NCBI GenBank assembly: GCA_964016885.1
Contig: OZ024741.1
Span: 2,914,001-2,978,000 of the forward strand
Direction of reading: 5' to 3'
Length of the DNA stretch: 64,000 nucleotides
From: Eledone cirrhosa
Taxonomy: Eukaryota
Part shown: positions 13,420 through 25,500 of the stretch, piece after piece
Layout: each line of letters opens with the position of its first letter
Position numbering within the stretch: the stretch's first letter is position 1
Translations under genes and position numbers: made by a program
The notes under the pieces: generated by a model
What the model saw: only the letters and a program-made list of their open reading frames with translations
What the model was told of the DNA's origin: nothing
The model's database searches: none

Positions 13420-13920
13420 CTTCTCTGAAGACCTTCTGCTGTGCAGCTCTCCTCACACTTTCTTCTTTGAAGACCTTCTACTGTCCAGCTCTCCTCACAG
13501 TTTCTTCTCTGAAGACCTACTGTCCAGCTCTCCTCACAGTTTCTTTTCTGAAGCCCTTCTGCTGCCCAGCACTCCTCACAGTTTCTTCTCTGAACACCTT
13601 CTACTGTCCTGCTCTCCTCACAATTTCTTCTCTGAAGACCTTCTTCTGTCCAGCTCTCCTCACAGTTTCTTCTCTGAAGACCTTCTGCTGTGCAGCTCTC
13701 CTCACACTTTCTTCTTTGAAGACCTTCTACTGTCCAGCTCTCCTCACAGTTTCTTCTCTGAAGACCTACTGTCCAGCTCTCCTCACAGTTTCTTTTCTGA
13801 AGCCCTTCTGCAGCCCAGCACTCCTCACAGTTTCTTCTCTGAACACCTTCTACTGTCCAGCTCTCCTCACAATTTCTTCTCTGAAGACCTTCTTCTGTCC
13901 AGCTCTCCTCACAGTTTCTT
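13420..13920 (+). repeat. Tandem 249-bp (6-monomer) sub-repeat, also at ~15475-15970, ~20420-20915 and ~22470-22970
   Basis: ACCTTCTGCTGTGCAGC occurs at 13431 and 13680, and at 15484 and 15733. The offset 249 = 5x42 + 39. Confidence 0.85.
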
Positions 13921-16900
13921 CTCTGAAGACCTTCTACTGTCCAGCTGTCCTCACAGTTTCTTCTCTGAAGAGCTTCTATTGTTCAGCTCCCCTCACAGTT
14001 TCTTCTCTGAAGACCTTCTACTGTCCAGCTCTCCTCACAGATTCTTCTCTAAAGACCTTCTACTGTCCACCTCTCCTCACAGTTTCTTCTCTGAAGTTCT
14101 ACTACTGCCCAGCTCCCCTCACAGTTTCTTCTCTGAAGACCATCTACTGTCCAGCTCTCCTCACAGTTTCTTCTCTGAAGTTCTACTACTGTCCAGCTCT
14201 CCTCACAGTTTCTACTCTGAAGACCTTCTGTTGTCCAGCTCTCCTCACAGATTCTTCTCTAAAGACCTTCTACTGTCCAGCTCTCCTCACTGTTTCTTCT
14301 CTGAAGACCTTCTACTGTCCAGCTCTACGAACTGTTTCTTTTCTGAAGACCTTGTACTGTCCAGATCTCCTCACACTCTCTTCTTTGAAGACCTTCTACT
14401 ATCCAGGTCTCCTCACAGTTTCTTAATCTGAAGCCCTTCTGCTGCCCAGCACGCCTCACAGTTTCTTCACTGAACACCTTCTACCGTACAGCTCTGCTCA
14501 CATTTTCTTCTCTGAAGACCTTCTACTGTCTAGCTCTCCGGACAGTTTCTTCTCTGAAGACAGTCTACTCTCCAGCTCTCCTCACAGTTTCTTCTCTGAA
14601 GACCTCCTGCTGACCAGCTCTCCTCACAGTTTCTTCTCTGAAGACCTTCTACTGTCCAGCTCTCCTCACAATTTCTTCTCTGAAGACCTTCTTCTGTCCA
14701 GCTCTCCTCACAGTTTCTTCTCTGAAGACCTTCTACTGTCCAGCTATCCTCACGGTTTCTTCGCTGAAGAGCTTCTACTGTTCAGCTCCCCTCACAGTTC
14801 ATTCTCTGAACACCTTCTACTGTCCAGATCTCCTCACAATTTCTTCTCTGACGTTCTTCTACTGTCCATCACTCCTCACAGTTTCTTGTTTGAAGACCTT
14901 CTGCTGTATAGCTCTCCTCACACTTTCTTCTCTGCAGACCTTCTACTCTCCAGCTCTCCTCATCATTTCTTCTCTGAAGACCTTCTACTGTCCAGCTCTC
15001 CTCACAGATTCTTCTCTGAAGACCTTCTACTGTCCAGCTCTCCTCACTGTTTCTTCTCTGAAGACCTTCTACTGTCCAGCTCTACGAACAGTTTCTTTTC
15101 TGCAGACCTTCTACTGTCCAGTTCTCCTCACACTCTCTTCTTTGAAGACCTTCTACTATCCAGCTCTCCTCACAGTTTCTTCACTGAACACCTTCTACCG
15201 TCCAGCTCTCCTCACATTTTCTTTTCTGAAGACCTTCTACTGTCCAGCTCTCCTCACAGTTTCTTCTCTGAAGTTCTACTACTGTCCAGCTCTCCTCACA
15301 GTTTCTTCTCCGAAGACCTTCTACTGTCCAGCTCTCCTCACAGTTTCAACTCTGAAGACCTTCTACTGTCCAGCTCTCCTCACAGAGTCTTCTCTGAAGA
15401 CGTTCTACTGTCCAGCTCTCCTCTCAGTTTCTTATCTGAAGACCTTCTACTGTCCAGCTCTCCTCACAGTTTCTTCTCTGAAGACCTTCTGCTGTGCAGC
15501 TCTCCTCACACTTTCTTCTTTGAAGACCTTCTACTGTCCAGCTCTCCTCACAGTTTCTTCTCTGAAGACCTACTGTCCAGCTCTGCTCACAGTTTTTTTT
15601 CTGAAGCCCTTCTGCTGCCCAGCACTCCTCACAGTTTCTTCTCTGAACACCTTCTACTGTCCTGCTCTCCTCACAATTTCTTCTCTGAAGACCTTCTTCT
15701 GTCCAGCTCTCCTCACAGTTTCTTCTCTGAAGACCTTCTGCTGTGCAGCTCTCCTCACACTTTCTTCTTTGAAGACCTTCTACTGTCCAGCTCTTCTCAC
15801 AGTTTCTTCTCTGAAGACCTACTGTCCAGCTCTCCTCACAGTTTCTTTTCTGAAGCCCTTCTGCTGCCCAGCACTCCTCACAGTTTCTTCTCTGAACACC
15901 TTCTACTGTCCAGCTCTCCTCACAATTTCTTCTCTGAAGACCTTCTTCTGTCCAGCTCTCCTCACAGTTTCTTCTCTGAAGACCTTCTACTGTCCAGCTG
16001 TCCTCACAGTTTCTTCTCTGAAGAGCTTCTACTGTTCAGCTCCCCTCACAGTTTCTTCTCTGAAGACCTTCTACTGTCCAGCTCTCCTCACAGTTTCTTC
16101 TCTGAAGTTCTACTACTGTCCAGCTCTCCTCACAGTTTCTTCTCTGAAGACCTTCTACTGTCCAGCTCTCCTCACAGATTCTTCTCTAAAGACCTTCTAC
16201 TGTCCAGCTCTCCTCACAGTTTCTTCTCTGAAGTTCTACTACTGTCCAGCTCCCCTCACACTTTCTTCTCTGAAGACCTTCTACTGTCCAGCTCTCCTCA
16301 CAGTTTCTTCTCTGAAGTTCTACTACTGTCCAGCTCTCCTCACAGTTTCTACTCTGAAGACCTTCTGTTGTCCAGCTCTCCTCACAGATTCTTCTCTAAA
16401 GACCTTCTACTGTCCAGCTCTCCTCACTGTTTCTTCTCTGAAGACATTCTACTGTCCAGCTCTACGAACTGTTTCTTTTCTGAAGACCTTGTACTGTCCA
16501 GATCTCCTCACACTCTCTTCTTTGAAGACCTTCTACTATCCAGCTCTCCTCACAGTTTCTTAATCTGAAGCCCTTCTGCTGCCCAGCACTCCTCACAGTT
16601 TCTTCACTGAACACCTTCTACCGTACAGCTCTTCTCACATTTTCTTCTCTGAAGACCTTCTACTGTCCAGCTCTCCTCACAGTTTCTTCTCTGAAGTTCT
16701 ACTACTGTCCAGCTCTCCTCACAGTTTCTTCTCTGAAGACCTTCTACTGTCCAGCTATCCTCACAGTTTCTACTCTGAAGACCTTCTACTGTCCAGCTCT
16801 CCTCACAGTTTCTTCTCTGAAGACATTCTACTGTCCAGCTCTCCTCACAGTTTCTTATCTGAAGTCCTTCTACTGTCCAGCTCTCCTCACAGTTTCGTCT

Positions 16901-18449
16901 CTGAAGACCTTCTTTGTCCTGCTCTCCTCACAGTTTCTTTTCTGAAGACCTTCTACTGTCCAGTTCCTCTCACAGTTTCTTCTCTGAAGACCTTCTACTG
17001 TCCAGTTCCTCTCACAGTTTCTTCTCTGAAGACCTTCTACTGTCCAGCTCTCCTCACAGTTTCTTCTCTGAAGACCTTCTACTGTCCAGTTCCTCTCACA
17101 GTTTCTTCTTTGAAGACCTTCTACTGTCCAGCTCTCCTCACAATTTCTTCTCTGAAGACCTACTGTCCAGCTCTCCTCACAGTTTCTTTTCTGAAGCCCT
17201 TCTGCTGCCCACCACTCCTCACAGTTTCTTCTCTGAACACCTTCTACTGTCCAGCTCTCCTCACAGTTTCTTCTCTGAAGACCTTCTACTGTCCAGCTAT
17301 CCTCACAGTTTCTTCTCTGAAGAGCTTCTACTGTTCAGCTCCCCTCACAGTTCATTCTCTGAAGACCTTCTACTGTCCAGCTCTCCTCACAGTTTCTTCT
17401 CTGAAGTTCTACTACTATCCAGCTCTCCTCACAGTTTCTTCTCTGAAGACCTTCTACTGTCCAGCTCTCCTCACAGTTTCTACTCTGAAGACCTTCTGTT
17501 GTCCAGCTCTCCTCACAGATTCTTCTCTGAAGACATTCTGCTGTCCAGCTCTCCTCACAGTTTCTTCTCTGAAGACCTTCTACTGTCCAGCTCTCCTCAC
17601 AGTTTCTTCTCTGAAGTCCTTCTACTGTCCAGCTCTCCTCACAGATTCCTCTCTAAAGTCCTTCTACTGTCCAGCTCACCTCACAGTTTCTTCTCTGAGG
17701 ACCTTCTTCTGTCCTGCTCTCATCACAGTATCTTCTCTGAAGACCTTCTACTGTCCAGTTCCTCTCACAGTTTCTCCTCTGAAGACCTTCTACTGTCCAG
17801 GTCTCCTCACAGTTTCTTCTCTGATGACCTTCTTCTGTCCTGCTCTCTTCACAGTTTCTTCTCTGAAGACCTTCTACTGTCCAGTTCCTCTCAGAGTTTC
17901 TTCTCTGAAGATCTTCTGCTCTCCAGCACTCCTCACAGATTCTTCTCTGAAGACCTTCTACTGTCCAGCTCTCCTCACAATTTCTTCTCTGAAGACCTTC
18001 TTCTGTCCAGCTCTCCTCACAGTTTCTTCTCTGAAGACCTTCTACTGTCCAGCTATCCTCACAGTTTCTTCTCTGAAGTGCTTCTACTGTTCAGCTCCCC
18101 TCACAGTTCATTCTCTGAAGACCTTCTACTGTCCAGATCTCCTCACAGTTTCTTCTCTGAAGTTCTACTACTGTCCAGCTCTCCTCACAGTTTCTTCTCT
18201 GAAGACCTTCTACTGTCCAGCTCTCCTCACAGTTTCTACTCTGAAGACCTTTTGTTGTCCAGCTCTCCTCACAGTTTCTTCTCTGAAGGCCTACTGTCCA
18301 GCTCTCCTCACAGTTTCTTTTCTGAAGCCCTTCTGCTGCCCAGCACTCCTCACAGTTTCTTCTCTGAACACCTTCTACTGTCCAGCTCTCCTCACAGTTT
18401 CCTCTCTGAAGTTCTACTACTGTCCAGCTCTCCTCACAGTTTCTTCTCT

Positions 18450-19540
18450 GAAGACCTTCTACTGTCCAGCTGTCCTCACAGTTTCTTCTCTGAAGAGCTT
18501 CTACTGTTCAGCTCCCCTCACAGTTTCTTCTCTGAAGACCTTCTACTGTCCAGCTCTCCTCACAGTTTCTTCTCTGAAGTTCTACTACTGTCCAGCTCTC
18601 CTCACAGTTTCTTCTCTGAAGACCTTCTACTGTCCAGCTCTCCTCACAGATTCTTCTCTAAAGACCTTCTACTGTCCAGCTCTCCTCACAGTTTCTTCTC
18701 TGAAGTTCTACTACTGTCCAGCTCCCCTCACACTTTCTTCTCTGAAGACCTTCTACTGTCCAGCTCTCCTCACAGTTTCTTCTCTGAAGTTCTACTACTG
18801 TCCAGCTCTCCTCACAGTTTCTACTCTGAAGACCTTCTGTTGTCCAGCTCTCCTCACAGATTCTTCTCTAAAGACCTTCTACTGTCCAGCTCTCCTCACT
18901 GTTTCTTCTCTGAAGACATTCTACTGTCCAGCTCTACGAACTGTTTCTTTTCTGAAGACCTTGTACTGTCCAGATCTCCTCACACTCTCTTCTTTGAAGA
19001 CCTTCTACTATCCAGCTCTCCTCACAGTTTCTTAATCTGAAGCCCTTCTGCTGCCCAGCACTCCTCACAGTTTCTTCACTGAACACCTTCTACCGTACAG
19101 CTCTTCTCACATTTTCTTCTCTGAAGACCTTCTACTGTCCAGCTCTCCTCACAGTTTCTTCTCTGAAGTTCTACTACTGTCCAGCTCTCCTCACAGTTTC
19201 TTCTCTGAAGACCTTCTACTGTCCAGCTATCCTCACAGTTTCTACTCTGAAGACCTTCTACTGTCCAGTTCCTCTCACAGTTTCTCCTCTGAAGACCTTC
19301 TACTGTCCAGGTCTCCTCACAGTTTCTTCTCTGATGACCTTCTTCTGTCCTGCTCTCTTCACAGTTTCTTCTCTGAAGACCTTCTACTGTCCAGTTCCTC
19401 TCAGAGTTTCTTCTCTGAAGATCTTCTGCTCTCCAGCACTCCTCACAGATTCTTCTCTGAAGACCTTCTACTGTCCAGCTCTCCTCACAATTTCTTCTCT
19501 GAAGACCTTCTTCTGTCCAGCTCTCCTCACAGTTTCTTCT
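18450..19540 (+). repeat. Mosaic junction segment: copy of ~15980-16795 followed by copy of ~17740-18030
   Basis: The TTAATC marker at 16561/19033 gives offset 2472 (ORF ends 16568/19040). CCTCTCACAGTTTCTCCTCT...CCAGGTCTCC at 17761/19271 gives offset 1510. Confidence 0.8.
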
Positions 19541-22500
19541 CTGAAGACCTTCTACTGTCCAGCTCTCCTCACAGTTTCTTCTCTGAAGACCTTCTACTGT
19601 CCAGCTATCCTCACAGTTTCTTATCTGAAGACCTTCTACTGTCCAGCTCTCCTCACAGTTTCTTCTCTGAAGACCTTCTACTGTCCATTTCTACTCACAG
19701 TTTCTTCTCTGAAGACCTTCTACTGTCTAGCTCTCCGGACAGTTTCTTCTCTGAAGACCGTCTACTCTCTAGCTCTCCTCACAGTTTCTTCTCTGAAGAT
19801 CTCCTGCTGACCAGCTCTCCTCACAGTTTCTTCTCTGAAGACCTTCTACTGTCCATCTCTCCTCACAGTTTCTTCTCTGAAGACCTTCTACTGTACAGTT
19901 CCTCTCACAGTTTCTTCTCTGAAGACCTTCTACTGTCCAGCTCTCCTCACAGTTATTTCTCTGAAGTCCTTCTACTGTCCATCTCTCCTCACAGTTTCTT
20001 CTCTGAAGACCTTCTACAGTCCAGTTCCTCTCACAGTTTCTACTCTGAAGACCTTCTACTGTCCAGCTCTCCTCACAGATTCTTCTCTGAAGACATTCTA
20101 TTGTCCAGCTCTCCTCACAGTTTCTTATCTGAAGACCTTCTACTGTCCAGCTCTCCTCACAGTTTCTTCTCTGAAGTCCTTCTACTGTCCAGCTCTCCTC
20201 ACAGTTTCTTCTCTGAAGACCTTCTTTGTCCTGCCCTCCTCACAGTCTCTTTTCTGAAGACCTTCTACTGTCCAGTTCCTCTCACAGTTTCTCATCTGAA
20301 GACCTTCTACTGTCCAGCTCTCCTCACAGTTTCTTCTCTGAAGACCTTCTACTGTCCAGCTCTCCTCACAGTTTCTTATCTGAAGACCTTCTACTGTCCA
20401 GCTCTCCTCACAGTTTCTTCTCTGAAGACCTTCTGCTGTGCAGCTCTCCTCACACTTTCTTCTTTGAAGACCTTCTACTGTCCAGCTCTCCTCACAGTTT
20501 CTTCTCTGAAGACCTACTGTCCAGCTCTCCTCACAGTTTCTTTTCTGAAGCCCTTCTGCTGCCCAGCACTCCTCACAGTTTCTTCTCTGAACACCTTCTA
20601 CTGTCCTGCTCTCCTCACAATTTCTTCTCTGAAGACCTTCTTCTGTCCAGCTCTCCTCACAGTTTCTTCTCTGAAGACCTTCTGCTGTGCAGCTCTCCTC
20701 ACACTTTCTTCTTTGAAGACCTTCTACTGTCCAGCTCTCCTCACAGTTTCTTCTCTGAAGACCTACTGTCCAGCTCTCCTCACAGTTTCTTTTCTGAAGC
20801 CCTTCTGCAGCCCAGCACTCCTCACAGTTTCTTCTCTGAACACCTTCTACTGTCCAGCTCTCCTCACAATTTCTTCTCTGAAGACCTTCTTCTGTCCAGC
20901 TCTCCTCACAGTTTCTTCTCTGAAGACCTTCTACTGTCCAGCTGTCCTCACAGTTTCTTCTCTGAAGAGCTTCTATTGTTCAGCTCCCCTCACAGTTTCT
21001 TCTCTGAAGACCTTCTACTGTCCAGCTCTCCTCACAGATTCTTCTCTAAAGACCTTCTACTGTCCACCTCTCCTCACAGTTTCTTCTCTGAAGTTCTACT
21101 ACTGCCCAGCTCCCCTCACAGTTTCTTCTCTGAAGACCATCTACTGTCCAGCTCTCCTCACAGTTTCTTCTCTGAAGTTCTACTACTGTCCAGCTCTCCT
21201 CACAGTTTCTACTCTGAAGACCTTCTGTTGTCCAGCTCTCCTCACAGATTCTTCTCTAAAGACCTTCTACTGTCCAGCTCTCCTCACTGTTTCTTCTCTG
21301 AAGACCTTCTACTGTCCAGCTCTACGAACTGTTTCTTTTCTGAAGACCTTGTACTGTCCAGATCTCCTCACACTCTCTTCTTTGAAGACCTTCTACTATC
21401 CAGGTCTCCTCACAGTTTCTTAATCTGAAGCCCTTCTGCTGCCCAGCACGCCTCACAGTTTCTTCACTGAACACCTTCTACCGTACAGCTCTGCTCACAT
21501 TTTCTTCTCTGAAGACCTTCTACTGTCTAGCTCTCCGGACAGTTTCTTCTCTGAAGACAGTCTACTCTCCAGCTCTCCTCACAGTTTCTTCTCTGAAGAC
21601 CTCCTGCTGACCAGCTCTCCTCACAGTTTCTTCTCTGAAGACCTTCTACTGTCCAGCTCTCCTCACAATTTCTTCTCTGAAGACCTTCTTCTGTCCAGCT
21701 CTCCTCACAGTTTCTTCTCTGAAGACCTTCTACTGTCCAGCTATCCTCACGGTTTCTTCGCTGAAGAGCTTCTACTGTTCAGCTCCCCTCACAGTTCATT
21801 CTCTGAACACCTTCTACTGTCCAGATCTCCTCACAATTTCTTCTCTGACGTTCTTCTACTGTCCATCACTCCTCACAGTTTCTTGTTTGAAGACCTTCTG
21901 CTGTATAGCTCTCCTCACACTTTCTTCTCTGCAGACCTTCTACTCTCCAGCTCTCCTCATCATTTCTTCTCTGAAGACCTTCTACTGTCCAGCTCTCCTC
22001 ACAGATTCTTCTCTGAAGACCTTCTACTGTCCAGCTCTCCTCACTGTTTCTTCTCTGAAGACCTTCTACTGTCCAGCTCTACGAACAGTTTCTTTTCTGC
22101 AGACCTTCTACTGTCCAGTTCTCCTCACACTCTCTTCTTTGAAGACCTTCTACTATCCAGCTCTCCTCACAGTTTCTTCACTGAACACCTTCTACCGTCC
22201 AGCTCTCCTCACATTTTCTTTTCTGAAGACCTTCTACTGTCCAGCTCTCCTCACAGTTTCTTCTCTGAAGTTCTACTACTGTCCAGCTCTCCTCACAGTT
22301 TCTTCTCCGAAGACCTTCTACTGTCCAGCTCTCCTCACAGTTTCAACTCTGAAGACCTTCTACTGTCCAGCTCTCCTCACAGAGTCTTCTCTGAAGACGT
22401 TCTACTGTCCAGCTCTCCTCTCAGTTTCTTATCTGAAGACCTTCTACTGTCCAGCTCTCCTCACAGTTTCTTCTCTGAAGACCTTCTGCTGTGCAGCTCT

Positions 22501-25500
22501 CCTCACACTTTCTTCTTTGAAGACCTTCTACTGTCCAGCTCTCCTCACAGTTTCTTCTCTGAAGACCTACTGTCCAGCTCTGCTCACAGTTTTTTTTCTG
22601 AAGCCCTTCTGCTGCCCAGCACTCCTCACAGTTTCTTCTCTGAACACCTTCTACTGTCCTGCTCTCCTCACAATTTCTTCTCTGAAGACCTTCTTCTGTC
22701 CAGCTCTCCTCACAGTTTCTTCTCTGAAGACCTTCTGCTGTGCAGCTCTCCTCACACTTTCTTCTTTGAAGACCTTCTACTGTCCAGCTCTTCTCACAGT
22801 TTCTTCTCTGAAGACCTACTGTCCAGCTCTCCTCACAGTTTCTTTTCTGAAGCCCTTCTGCTGCCCAGCACTCCTCACAGTTTCTTCTCTGAACACCTTC
22901 TACTGTCCAGCTCTCCTCACAATTTCTTCTCTGAAGACCTTCTTCTGTCCAGCTCTCCTCACAGTTTCTTCTCTGAAGACCTTCTACTGTCCAGCTGTCC
23001 TCACAGTTTCTTCTCTGAAGAGCTTCTACTGTTCAGCTCCCCTCACAGTTTCTTCTCTGAAGACCTTCTACTGTCCAGCTCTCCTCACAGTTTCTTCTCT
23101 GAAGTTCTACTACTGTCCAGCTCTCCTCACAGTTTCTTCTCTGAAGACCTTCTACTGTCCAGCTCTCCTCACAGATTCTTCTCTAAAGACCTTCTACTGT
23201 CCAGCTCTCCTCACAGTTTCTTCTCTGAAGTTCTACTACTGTCCAGCTCCCCTCACACTTTCTTCTCTGAAGACCTTCTACTGTCCAGCTCTCCTCACAG
23301 TTTCTTCTCTGAAGTTCTACTACTGTCCAGCTCTCCTCACAGTTTCTTCTCTAAAGACCTTCTACTGTCCAGCTCTACGAACTGTTTCTTCTCTGAAGAC
23401 ATTCTACTGTCCAGCTCTACGAACTGTTTCTTTTCTGAAGACCTTGTACTGTCCAGATCTCCTCACACTCTCTTCTTTGAAGACCTTCTACTATCCAGCT
23501 CTCCTCACAGTTTCTTAATCTGAAGCCCTTCTGCTGCCCAGCACTCCTCACAGTTTCTTCACTGAACACCTTCTACCGTACAGCTCTTCTCACATTTTCT
23601 TCTCTGAAGACCTTCTACTGTCCAGCTCTCCTCACAGTTTCTTCTCTGAAGTTCTACTACTGTCCAGCTCTCCTCACAGTTTCTTCTCTGAAGACCTTCT
23701 ACTGTCCAGCTATCCTCACAGTTTCTACTCTGAAGACCTTCTACTGTCCAGCTCTCCTCACAGTTTCTTCTCTGAAGACATTCTACTGTCCAGCTCTCCT
23801 CACAGTTTCTTATCTGAAGTCCTTCTACTGTCCAGCTCTCCTCACAGTTTCGTCTCTGAAGACCTTCTTTGTCCTGCTCTCCTCACAGTTTCTTTTCTGA
23901 AGACCTTCTACTGTCCAGTTCCTCTCACAGTTTCTTCTCTGAAGACCTTCTACTGTCCAGTTCCTCTCACAGTTTCTTCTCTGAAGACCTTCTACTGTCC
24001 AGCTCTCCTCACAGTTTCTTCTCTGAAGACCTTCTACTGTCCAGTTCCTCTCACAGTTTCTTCTTTGAAGACCTTCTACTGTCCAGCTCTCCTCACAATT
24101 TCTTCTCTGAAGACCTACTGTCCAGCTCTCCTCACAGTTTCTTTTCTGAAGCCCTTCTGCTGCCCACCACTCCTCACAGTTTCTTCTCTGAACACCTTCT
24201 ACTGTCCAGCTCTCCTCACAGTTTCTTCTCTGAAGACCTTCTACTGTCCAGCTATCCTCACAGTTTCTTCTCTGAAGAGCTTCTACTGTTCAGCTCCCCT
24301 CACAGTTCATTCTCTGAAGACCTTCTACTGTCCAGCTCTCCTCACAGTTTCTTCTCTGAAGTTCTACTACTATCCAGCTCTCCTCACAGTTTCTTCTCTG
24401 AAGACCTTCTACTGTCCAGCTCTCCTCACAGTTTCTACTCTGAAGACCTTCTGTTGTCCAGCTCTCCTCACAGATTCTTCTCTGAAGACATTCTGCTGTC
24501 CAGCTCTCCTCACAGTTTCTTCTCTGAAGACCTTCTACTGTCCAGCTCTCCTCACAGTTTCTTCTCTGAAGTCCTTCTACTGTCCAGCTCTCCTCACAGA
24601 TTCCTCTCTAAAGTCCTTCTACTGTCCAGCTCACCTCACAGTTTCTTCTCTGAGGACCTTCTTCTGTCCTGCTCTCATCACAGTATCTTCTCTGAAGACC
24701 TTCTACTGTCCAGTTCCTCTCACAGTTTCTCCTCTGAAGACCTTCTACTGTCCAGGTCTCCTCACAGTTTCTTCTCTGATGACCTTCTTCTGTCCTGCTC
24801 TCTTCACAGTTTCTTCTCTGAAGACCTTCTACTGTCCAGTTCCTCTCAGAGTTTCTTCTCTGAAGATCTTCTGCTCTCCAGCACTCCTCACAGATTCTTC
24901 TCTGAAGACCTTCTACTGTCCAGCTCTCCTCACAATTTCTTCTCTGAAGACCTTCTTCTGTCCAGCTCTCCTCACAGTTTCTTCTCTGAAGACCTTCTAC
25001 TGTCCAGCTATCCTCACAGTTTCTTCTCTGAAGTGCTTCTACTGTTCAGCTCCCCTCACAGTTCATTCTCTGAAGACCTTCTACTGTCCAGATCTCCTCA
25101 CAGTTTCTTCTCTGAAGTTCTACTACTGTCCAGCTCTCCTCACAGTTTCTTCTCTGAAGACCTTCTACTGTCCAGCTCTCCTCACAGTTTCTACTCTGAA
25201 GACCTTTTGTTGTCCAGCTCTCCTCACAGTTTCTTCTCTGAAGGCCTACTGTCCAGCTCTCCTCACAGTTTCTTTTCTGAAGCCCTTCTGCTGCCCAGCA
25301 CTCCTCACAGTTTCTTCTCTGAACACCTTCTACTGTCCAGCTCTCCTCACAGTTTCCTCTCTGAAGTTCTACTACTGTCCAGCTCTCCTCACAGTTTCTT
25401 CTCTGAAGACCTTCTACTGTCCAGCTCTCCTCACAGTTTCTTCTCTGAAGTCCTTCTTCTGTCCAGCTCACCTCACAGTTTCTTCTCTGAGGACCTTCTT

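Larger units (their letters stand above)
12510..25425 (+). repeat. Near-identical ~6-kb block duplicated with ~7-kb period (~12510-18470 and ~19510-25425)
   Basis: Marker offsets: 12601/19598, 13229/20226 and 14886/21883 = 6997; 16914/23869 and 17110/24065 = 6955 (one monomer lost near 23340). The translated ORFs 13229..14431 and 20226..21428 read identically. Confidence 0.93.
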
